A stretch of DNA of 51,712 nucleotides, taken from assembly GCA_964507305.1 (NCBI GenBank), contig CAZDPQ010000002.1, positions 1 to 51,712 of the forward strand, in the 5' to 3' direction. Below, in pieces: positions 8,635 to 15,417 of this stretch. The translations under genes and the position numbers were made by a program. The stretch comes from an uncultured Oscillospiraceae bacterium. GTDB lineage: Bacteria > Bacillota > Clostridia > Saccharofermentanales > UBA5734. The notes beneath the pieces are model-generated. The model saw nothing but the letters and a program-made list of their open reading frames with translations. It ran no database searches and was not told where the DNA came from. Within the stretch, counting starts at the first letter, position 1. The number at the start of each line of letters is the position of its first letter.

Positions 8635-9959
8635 TCCCCGCTGCTTCCCTTTCCGCCGGGTCCGAAGATCCGGATCACGACCGGGACCGGGCCGGCGGGC
8701 CCGCTGCTGATGCGATAGGCATCCCGGACCATGGCGGATGCCGCTTCGACGGCCGTATCCGACGACGTATGCAAAACCGCCAGGACATCGCCCCGGAGCA
8801 CAGCGTCCCCCCGCTTCCGGCGGAGAACGATCCCTGCCGCCGGGTCGATCGTGTCTTCCTTTTTCTCCCTGCCTGCTCCGAGAAGCAGAGATGCCATCCC
8901 GATATGATCCGTGATGATTTCTCCGACATAGCCATCGGATCCCGCCTTTACCTCCGCTATGACCGGCGCGCTTCCGAGCAAGACAGGAGAACCGTCCTCA
9001 TTCAATCGTCCGCCCTGTGCGAGGACCATCCGCCGGAACCGGTCGAGAGCCGCTCCGCTGCGGATCGCTTCGCGTGCCTTATCTTCGCAGGCTTCCGGGC
9101 TGCCGAGGCCGGCAAGCTCCATCATGCCCGCCGACAGAGCGATGCATAGTTCCGTCAGGTCGTCCGGTCCGCGCCCCGACAGCGTCTCATACGCTTCGGA
9201 GACTTCCAGGGCATTTCCTACGCAGCAACCGAGAGGCTGGCTCATGTCGGTCACATAGGCCCTGACATCGCGGCCGGAGAGTTCGCCGATCCGCACCATC
9301 ATCGAAGCAAGCTCAAAGGCTTCCTCCTTCGTCTTCATGAACGCGCCATTGCCGCATTTGACATCCAGAAGGATCTTTCCGGCACCGGAGGCGATTTTTT
9401 TACTCATGATGCTTGAAGAAATCAGAGGGATCGAGCGGACGGTGGCCGTCACGTCGCGCAGCGCGTACAACTTCTTGTCCGCCGGAGCAAGTTCGCCGGA
9501 CTGACCGGCGATGACGATGCCGATCTCATTGACCTGCCGGTAAAATTCGTCCGTTGTAAAGGACGTTCTGAACCCTTCGATCGACTCAAGCTTGTCGATC
9601 GTTCCACCTGTGTGGCCGAGCCCTCTGCCGGATAATTTCGCAAATGGGATCCCGGCGGAACTGACGATCGGTCCGATGATCAGGGTGCATTTGTCTCCGA
9701 CTCCGCCCGAGCTGTGCTTGTCGACAACGGTCCCGCGGATGGAGGACAGGTCTGCGATGTCGCCCGAATGGGCCATGGCCAGCGTCAGGTCGGCCGTCTC
9801 GCGCGCATTCATGCCGTTGATGCATATGGCCATCAGCAGGGCTGACGTCTGATAATCGGGAATGCTTCCGTCGGTAACGCCGCGGACGAAAAAGCCGATC
9901 TGCTCTTTCGTCAATTCGGCGTTGTCACGTTTGCACTCGATGATATCATACATCCTCAT
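8631..9959 (-). CDS. pdp: Pyrimidine-nucleoside (thymidine) phosphorylase
   Basis: TSALLMAICINGMN, VDKHSSGGVGDK and LGHTGGTIDKLE. 442 aa. 4-nt ATGA overlaps with both neighbours. Confidence 0.92.
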   Translation of the reverse strand: MRMYDIIECKRDNAELTKEQIGFFVRGVTDGSIPDYQTSALLMAICINGMNARETADLTLAMAHSGDIADLSSIRGTVVDKHSSGGVGDKCTLIIGPIVSSAGIPFAKLSGRGLGHTGGTIDKLESIEGFRTSFTTDEFYRQVNEIGIVIAGQSGELAPADKKLYALRDVTATVRSIPLISSSIMSKKIASGAGKILLDVKCGNGAFMKTKEEAFELASMMVRIGELSGRDVRAYVTDMSQPLGCCVGNALEVSEAYETLSGRGPDDLTELCIALSAGMMELAGLGSPEACEDKAREAIRSGAALDRFRRMVLAQGGRLNEDGSPVLLGSAPVIAEVKAGSDGYVGEIITDHIGMASLLLGAGREKKEDTIDPAAGIVLRRKRGDAVLRGDVLAVLHTSSDTAVEAASAMVRDAYRISSGPAGPVPVVIRIFGPGGKGSSGE

Positions 9960-11863
9960 GATGATACCTGTGAAACCTCCCCGGAAGTGCCGGTGACGGA
10001 AGACGGGTCGGACACCGTACCCGGATCCGAAGACGCTGACGATGCGTCGGATGAAACATCCGACGTGGATCCCGAACTGCTGTCCGAACTCCCGGCTGAC
10101 AGGGCTTCCGATGAAACGTCCGAAGGCGCCGCCGAAGAAGTGTCTGATGACGTCTCAGAAGAAGCGTTTGAAGTCGTCTCGGAAGAAGCAAATGATGACG
10201 TCTCCGATGAGGCCTCGGAGGGAACAGGAGTCGGAGTGACATATATCCCGTCCTTGAAGAAGCCGAGATCATCAAAATAGAAGGACGCGGCGCTGTCGGT
10301 GTCCGATGCAAGGATCAGGTAAGCGCTGACCAGTCCGGCATCATCCCAGGACACCAGATCGAGGGAACTTTCCGTCAGCATAAAGCTCTGCCTGCCGCCC
10401 GCGAGCGTCCACTCCGCGCTGCCGGCGGCGGATACGGGCGAGTAATACGCAACGGTCTCTTCGGCCGGGGCGGGCGTCGGATCTTCCGACGTTGCCGCCG
10501 GTGTCCTGGATACCGTCAGCATCAGGATCAGGCATGCATCCATGTCCTCCCCCGCGCTTCGGACGTACGCTTCGGACGAGTATCGTCCCGGACCGTTTTC
10601 GCGCAGGATATCCGTCACATCCCGGACAGCCATGCTCTGGTTGCCGGATCCGTTGGTCAGCAATCCCGACGCGGTTCCGGAGCGGAATGAGTCGGTGCTC
10701 AGCGTGACAGACTGCCCTTCGGCGGAAGTCCAGCCATCCGTGGTGCCTCCCTCGAGTCCCGGGTCAGGCAGCAGGTTCAGCAGCACCTCCGGTTCGGGGG
10801 TGACAGATGGTGAAACGGCCGCTCCGGTCGGGCCCTTCGTCGGCGTCGGGCCTTTGGTCGGCGTCGGGGTGCGGGTGGGCATCTTGAAAGGGAGATAGGT
10901 CGGAAGCGCGATCGGCGTGACTTCCGTATCGATATTGCCATGGCTGAGCTTGACATACGTGATTTGACGAACCAGTCTTGCGACGACGGCACACCTCCGG
11001 GTATGCTTATAGCAGGTCGAAAGCGTGATGATCCTGTCGTCCGTGCCGACCTTCACGCCGAAATCGTGATTGGACTTCTCCATCAGCATGTTCAGGTAAT
11101 CCTGGTATTCCTGATCGGATGAAAAATGGGTCTGCCGGTAATTGAAATACGGATCGCATACGAATGTCGAGAACACTTCGTATTCAAGTCTTGTGTTCAG
11201 AAAATCGATGTAGATCTTGTTGTTTTTCCATGATTTGGAATTCGTCCAATAATCGGTGATGTTGCCGAACATGCTAAGGTTGCCCATGGCGTGTCCGTAG
11301 ATGACATAATTCTTGTCGAAAACGGGATTGGCATAACTGTACGGCGTATTGGCCCCGTCCAGAAAGATCGAACCGGCCACCGAATCGTCCCCGTCGAAAT
11401 CCCGCCGGAGATAATAACTGTTATCTCCGGAATAGACCATGGGATAATTGATGGGTTTGTAGGAAAAACCCGGAAAATTGATCCACCCGATCAGATCATG
11501 GTTTCTTTCCCACAGGGATTCGTAGTCCTTGAGGATGCCGTTCTCATTGAGATAAGAATCCTTGCCCTCAATGACCTGATAGGGCAGGCCGTTGCCGGGC
11601 TTGGAGGTATTGTCGAGCTGGTCGAACGGATTGTCGCCGCCGCCATCCTTCTCATCGACGACATCCTGCATGTTCCTGTCGTCGCGCACATAGGAGTATA
11701 GCTTGTATATCAACTGATACGAGCTGTAAATGAAAACCGGGATGGCTATGGCAAGGATGGCCATCCGGATCTTGTCTCTCCGGTCGACAGGCTTGTGCCT
11801 GTAATAAAATCGCTTCATCCGGTCCCGGAAATCCCGGAAACCACTCTGCTTCACTGATTTCAT
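9956..11863 (-). CDS. srtB: Class B sortase fused to a Pro/Thr linker, a CBM-like beta-sandwich region and a Ser-rich C-terminal tail (635 aa)
   Basis: N-terminal TM anchor (IRMAILAIAIPVFIY). Sortase His (VIYGHAM), Cys (ITLSTCY) and Arg (VVARLV). Linker PTRTPTPTKGPTPTKGPTG. About 180 aa ending in ASFYFDDLGFF, a typical final CBM strand. Then about 90 aa of S/T/D/E-rich low complexity. Confidence 0.8.
   Translation of the reverse strand: MKSVKQSGFRDFRDRMKRFYYRHKPVDRRDKIRMAILAIAIPVFIYSSYQLIYKLYSYVRDDRNMQDVVDEKDGGGDNPFDQLDNTSKPGNGLPYQVIEGKDSYLNENGILKDYESLWERNHDLIGWINFPGFSYKPINYPMVYSGDNSYYLRRDFDGDDSVAGSIFLDGANTPYSYANPVFDKNYVIYGHAMGNLSMFGNITDYWTNSKSWKNNKIYIDFLNTRLEYEVFSTFVCDPYFNYRQTHFSSDQEYQDYLNMLMEKSNHDFGVKVGTDDRIITLSTCYKHTRRCAVVARLVRQITYVKLSHGNIDTEVTPIALPTYLPFKMPTRTPTPTKGPTPTKGPTGAAVSPSVTPEPEVLLNLLPDPGLEGGTTDGWTSAEGQSVTLSTDSFRSGTASGLLTNGSGNQSMAVRDVTDILRENGPGRYSSEAYVRSAGEDMDACLILMLTVSRTPAATSEDPTPAPAEETVAYYSPVSAAGSAEWTLAGGRQSFMLTESSLDLVSWDDAGLVSAYLILASDTDSAASFYFDDLGFFKDGIYVTPTPVPSEASSETSSFASSETTSNASSETSSDTSSAAPSDVSSEALSAGSSDSSSGSTSDVSSDASSASSDPGTVSDPSSVTGTSGEVSQVSS
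9959..10231 (-). repeat. Ser-rich low-complexity coding repeat (SSETSS-like) at the 3' end of the sortase fusion gene
   Basis: SEASSETSSFASSETTSNASSETSSDTSSAAPSDVSSEALSAGSSDSSSGSTSDVSSDASSASS. The antisense ORFs 9987-10280+ and 10042-10239+ are artefacts of this repeat. Confidence 0.8.
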
Positions 11864-11977
11864 GGCTGTCTCCTTCAGAGTATTATATCATATGTATTCG
11901 CGGAAGGAACATCCGCGGCCCGGCCCGGCAATCGTCAAAGATGCATTGAAGAAGAGCCGATACCGATTATACGGTAG

Positions 11978-12000
11978 AATTATGAACAAAGTTCATAATT
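11978..12000. promoter_or_regulatory. Perfect 10-3-10 palindrome AATTATGAAC-AAA-GTTCATAATT, candidate operator upstream of the srtB-pdp-ruvCAB-queH operon
   Basis: Read directly from the sequence. It overlaps the -35 position of a minus-strand TATAAT (plus coordinates 11966-11971). Confidence 0.5.
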
Positions 12001-12039
12001 TTGATAAACTTTATAAAAATTTTCTTTGAAAAGTCCGTG

Positions 12040-12086
12040 TTTCCATATCGTAAAGTCATCTTCTGAATGTCTGCACGATATGGAAA
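12040..12086. other. 12-bp perfect-stem hairpin (TTTCCATATCGT - 23 nt - ACGATATGGAAA)
   Basis: Read directly from the sequence. It lies between the operon promoter region and the tRNA-Lys promoter, with no flanking U-tract. Confidence 0.5.
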
Positions 12087-12148
12087 TGCATCTGGAAGAT
12101 GGCTGAAAAACGGCGGCAGCCCCGATTGCAGTCACCATTTCTTTCATG

Positions 12149-12177
12149 TTGACAACCCCGGGGTATATCAGTATAAT
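12149..12177 (+). promoter_or_regulatory. Consensus sigma-A promoter of tRNA-Lys (TTGACA-17-TATAAT)
   Basis: TTGACA at 12149-12154 and TATAAT at 12172-12177. The tRNA begins 19 nt downstream. Confidence 0.75.
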
Positions 12178-12195
12178 AATCAACGTTCGAAAAAC

Positions 12196-12271
12196 GCGCC
12201 TTTAGCTCAGTTGGTAGAGCAACTGACTCTTAATCAGTGGGCCCCGGGTTCGAGTCCCTGAAGGCGCACCA
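12196..12271 (+). tRNA. tRNA-Lys (anticodon CTT), CCA encoded
   Basis: Manual cloverleaf. Acceptor GCGCCTT/AAGGCGC, D arm GCTC-AGTTGGTA-GAGC, anticodon arm ACTGA-CTCTTAA-TCAGT. T arm CCGGG-TTCGAGT-CCCTG has one C-T mismatch. Discriminator A plus CCA. Confidence 0.88.
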
Positions 12272-12335
12272 CGAACAGGACAAGAACTGTCGCGGTCCGG
12301 CGTGCATGCCTGCTTCGGCGGTTCTTTTTCTGTGT

Positions 12336-12377
12336 AAAAAAGCCCCGTGCCTTCCGGCGCAGGGCTTTTCTGATTTT
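12336..12377. terminator. Bidirectional intrinsic terminator shared by tRNA-Lys (+) and the BNR gene (-)
   Basis: AAAAAA - GCCCCGTGCC - TTCC - GGCGCAGGGC - TTTTCTGATTTT. 10-bp stem with one mismatch, flanked by an A-tract and a T-tract. Confidence 0.7.
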
Positions 12378-12396
12378 CATCAAGCTCACGATCCGT

Positions 12397-13959
12397 TCAT
12401 TTTCCAGCGGCTTTTCTCTTCCTCAGAACGACCCACGCCGCCGCTCCTCCTCCGGCAGCCAGGACAGCTGCGAGGATCCAGATCCAGAGGGTGCTTCCCT
12501 GTTTTCCGCCCGAACCGCCGGAAGCGCTTTGGCTTTCCGCTGCGCTCCCGAAATCGGAATCCTGGGATGCCATGTCCGATGCGGCCGAGGATATGGATAT
12601 GCTGTCGGAAGAAGATTCCGAAAGGCTTTGCGTGCTTCCGGCCGGCGGTTGCGTGACGCTGGCAGCAGCAGAAGATTGATCCGCAAGGCTTTGAGAGGAC
12701 GCCTGGCTTGACGATGCTACGCTTTCAGAGGCTGCCTCTCCGAACACGAGGGTCGTAAAATCGAATTTATAATACCCTTTCGTGCTGTCCGGATTCAGGT
12801 TGCAGTTGGTCATATACAGAGTTTTCTGGTCCGATGAAAGAAACATGCAGGAACTGTATCCGCCTTTGCCGCTCACATAAGGAAGCGGCTGTCTCCACTT
12901 TTTCCATGTGGTTCCGAGGTCAAGGCTTACATAAAGGTATGTCCCTATCGTACTCGGCGCGCCCGGTGTCTGGAAACAGCCGGTAACGACCAGGACCCCC
13001 TTTTCTCCGAATCCCGGCACAAAGGCGTTGTACGGCGCGGAACCGGGTGTTTTGCCGTCCGTGGTGGTCAGGACCGTCCCGGGGTCTTCCGGATTGCCCC
13101 AATCCAGGCCATCGGCTGAGTATCGGAATGTGACTTTGTTGCCGACATTTGAGTTGTCTTCATCGCACATTTCGTAGGTCATGAAATATCTGCCGTCGCT
13201 CAGGCGGCAGACGGTCGACATCCCGGGCCGAAGGGTCCGGTCCTCCAGCGCGACAAACATCACGGGCGTGCTCCAGGTCACACCGTCGGATGATGTCCGG
13301 TAGGTCAGCCCCTGGCTGTGTTCTTCCCGTTCGGTGCTGTCGGAGTAATAGCAGACCAGGGTACCGTTGTCCAGCATCATCAGAAAGGGTTCCCAGACGC
13401 CTGAGCTCGGCGCGTTGACGCTTCCGCCGGTCGCCACGGTCGAATACATCTCCCATGTTTCGCCCTGGTCCATACTGCGGTAGATCACGATAGCTGAGGC
13501 CTGGGCATGCGGCGCGTCGACAAGGCAGGATGCCAGCAGGAGTGTACCGGCCGGCATGTCTCCGGTCTTGCGCGGCAGTTCATACAGGAATGGCTGGTAT
13601 TCGGATTGTACGGTCGCCGTGCCTACTTTCATGGTGGAGAACACTTTTGTTACATAGGTCCATGTGTTCCCGTGATCCGTACTTCGGTAGATCGGATATC
13701 CGACCGCGCCGCCAAGGCCGGAATTATAATATTCGCAAGTCGCCAGAAGCGTGCCGTTCGCGTTTCCATTGTGCTGAAGCTCCAGTACCCTGGGATAACC
13801 GATGCCGCTTCCCCAGAGGCTGATATTGTCCGCCGGCGTTACGACCACGACGACCGGCCCCTGCTGCGTCGTGACCGTGTCTTCCGCGATCACCGCGGCA
13901 CCGGGAATGAGCATGGCTGTAAGAAATATCGCGAATATTTTTCGGATGTTCATTTTCAT
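12397..13959 (-). CDS. Exported BNR/Asp-box beta-propeller (sialidase-superfamily glycosidase-like) protein with Ser-rich stalk and C-terminal TM anchor
   Basis: Signal peptide MKMNIRKIFAIFLTAMLIPGAAVIA. Asp-boxes YRSTDHGNTW, YRSMDQGETW, SSDGVTWS, SADGLDWG and SLDLGTTW. Ser-rich region at 12505-12738. C-terminal LWIWILAAVLAAGGGAAAWVVLRKRKAAGK. Confidence 0.75.
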   Translation of the reverse strand: MKMNIRKIFAIFLTAMLIPGAAVIAEDTVTTQQGPVVVVVTPADNISLWGSGIGYPRVLELQHNGNANGTLLATCEYYNSGLGGAVGYPIYRSTDHGNTWTYVTKVFSTMKVGTATVQSEYQPFLYELPRKTGDMPAGTLLLASCLVDAPHAQASAIVIYRSMDQGETWEMYSTVATGGSVNAPSSGVWEPFLMMLDNGTLVCYYSDSTEREEHSQGLTYRTSSDGVTWSTPVMFVALEDRTLRPGMSTVCRLSDGRYFMTYEMCDEDNSNVGNKVTFRYSADGLDWGNPEDPGTVLTTTDGKTPGSAPYNAFVPGFGEKGVLVVTGCFQTPGAPSTIGTYLYVSLDLGTTWKKWRQPLPYVSGKGGYSSCMFLSSDQKTLYMTNCNLNPDSTKGYYKFDFTTLVFGEAASESVASSSQASSQSLADQSSAAASVTQPPAGSTQSLSESSSDSISISSAASDMASQDSDFGSAAESQSASGGSGGKQGSTLWIWILAAVLAAGGGAAAWVVLRKRKAAGK

Positions 13960-14119
13960 GGCAGGGTTCTCACCTTTCTTCCGGATGGAATGGTTTTAGT
14001 TGTTTTGATTCATTATATTTTATCTTGATATTATTAAATCATGTTAATGGGGTTTGTGCAATCCTTTTCTTGCTAATTCGACTTTCTTCCGCTGTTCTGA
14101 TGCGACTATTATGGGAATA

Positions 14120-14148
14120 TTGACTTGTATTTTAATTTATTATATCAT
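14120..14148 (+). promoter_or_regulatory. Putative promoter of the cytoplasmic BNR paralog (TTGACT-17-TATCAT)
   Basis: Lies in the AT-rich 237-bp divergent spacer 13960-14196. Confidence 0.5.
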
Positions 14149-14196
14149 AATTAGATATATAAGGCAATTTAAATTCTATAGATTGGAGGCGGCCGT

Positions 14197-15372
14197 ATGG
14201 AACTCAGGATCGGGATCCGTCCGGTTTTTTCGCACGATATCTACCGTTCCGATAAGGTCAGAAGGCAAGATGGGAAAATCGCGCCTGGCTCGATGTACGG
14301 ACGGATCCTCAAGATCGGGCATTCATCCACCGGAGAAAATGGTACGCTGATCGCAACATTTCAGCGAAGCACACCGTCACATTCGGAATTCCCCGAAAAT
14401 CTGGGTGGGTATGGTATTTATGCAAGTCTTGACGGGGGCCGCTCATGGCGGCGCAGATCTGTTGCAACCGATCCTTCCGAGTCTTCCGCAAAGGCGATCT
14501 GGTCGCCGCATCTGTTTGAATTGCCGAGATCCGCGGCGGGCATGCCATCCGGAACGCTCCTGCTTGCCGGCATATCGGTCGACCGCGGTCCGACAATGAC
14601 CGTGCTCCAGCTTTACCGGAGCTTCGACAGCGGACATTCATGGCGTTTCGTCACCACGATCGACCGGGGGGGCGGCTGCGGAGAAGGGCTGTGCGAACCC
14701 TATCTCGATCTGATGGATGACGATGCACTGATATGCCATTATTCTGATGAAACCCTTTTCAATACATTCAGCCAGAAACTGGTGTACCGCACCAGCCATG
14801 ACGCGCTCCGGTGGAGCAGTGTCCGTGACAGCGTCGCAAGCGCGCGTCCGGCAGACCGGCCCGGGATGGCGGTCGTGACGCGTCTCGGCGACGGGCGATA
14901 TTTCATGGTGTATGAAGTCTGCGACAGGGATGTTCCGGGCTGCGGAAATACCGTGACCTGCCGGTATTCTCCGGACGGGCTGGACTGGGGCGATCCCCGT
15001 GATATCGGCCGGAAAGTCCGCTCATCGGACGGCGCCTGCCTGGGCTCAAGCCCCTATTGCGGATGGACACCGTATGGAGGGGGTAAAGGCACGCTGATCG
15101 TCAGCGGCGCCTTTCTGACGAATGGCGTGACGGATACGGGAAGTGATTATTTTCTGAGTCATGATTACGGGGAAACATGGTACCGGGTGCCGCATCCCAT
15201 CCCCTACAGCCAGGAGGATCATTCCAGCCATAACGGCTACAGCAACAGCTTTTTCATCGCGGAAGACGGACAGACGATCTATTCGATCTGCAACCGCGGA
15301 ACGGCCGGCGGGCAGACGGCGATGACGATGGCTGTTTCAAGGCTTGAAATCGCCAACCGCCGGAACACCTGA
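14197..15372 (+). CDS. Cytoplasmic BNR/Asp-box beta-propeller protein, paralog of 12397-13959
   Basis: No signal peptide. GGAGG RBS. Asp-boxes ASLDGGRSW, RSFDSGHSW, SPDGLDWG and SHDYGETW. Collinear by eye with the exported paralog (for example ELPRSAAGMPSGTLLLAG versus ELPRKTGDMPAGTLLLAS). Confidence 0.75.
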   Translation: MELRIGIRPVFSHDIYRSDKVRRQDGKIAPGSMYGRILKIGHSSTGENGTLIATFQRSTPSHSEFPENLGGYGIYASLDGGRSWRRRSVATDPSESSAKAIWSPHLFELPRSAAGMPSGTLLLAGISVDRGPTMTVLQLYRSFDSGHSWRFVTTIDRGGGCGEGLCEPYLDLMDDDALICHYSDETLFNTFSQKLVYRTSHDALRWSSVRDSVASARPADRPGMAVVTRLGDGRYFMVYEVCDRDVPGCGNTVTCRYSPDGLDWGDPRDIGRKVRSSDGACLGSSPYCGWTPYGGGKGTLIVSGAFLTNGVTDTGSDYFLSHDYGETWYRVPHPIPYSQEDHSSHNGYSNSFFIAEDGQTIYSICNRGTAGGQTAMTMAVSRLEIANRRNT

Positions 15373-15417
15373 CACGGCGTGATGCCATGCCGGATCCGCC
15401 TTTCCCGCGGCAAATGC

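Noticed and set aside
9959-10231. Periodic repeats checked as possible CRISPR or tandem non-coding arrays (also 12505-12738 and 36047-36229).
   Set aside because: They are in-frame Ser-codon low-complexity segments inside long ORFs. There is no repeat-spacer organisation and no cas genes.
9987-10280. Acidic 97-aa ORF (and 10042-10239+) that looks repetitive and could be mistaken for a small acidic protein.
   Set aside because: It is the antisense reading of the Ser-rich tail of the sortase fusion gene, so an artefact of the codon repeat.
11882-11890. Second extended -10 (TGaTATAAT) only ~20 nt upstream of the sortase start codon.
   Set aside because: A transcript from it would start within or at the RBS (AAGGAG). 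The upstream TATAAT at 11966-11971 is the more plausible promoter.
11980-12183. 67-aa minus-strand ORF in the spacer upstream of tRNA-Lys.
   Set aside because: It lies in AT-rich promoter/operator DNA, has no RBS, and overlaps the consensus tRNA promoter and both inverted repeats. The composition is not convincing.
12397-12500. The C-terminal TM plus RKRK tail of the exported BNR protein as a second sortase substrate.
   Set aside because: No xxTG-type motif precedes the helix (the sequence is SGGSGGKQGST). It is more simply a C-terminal membrane anchor.
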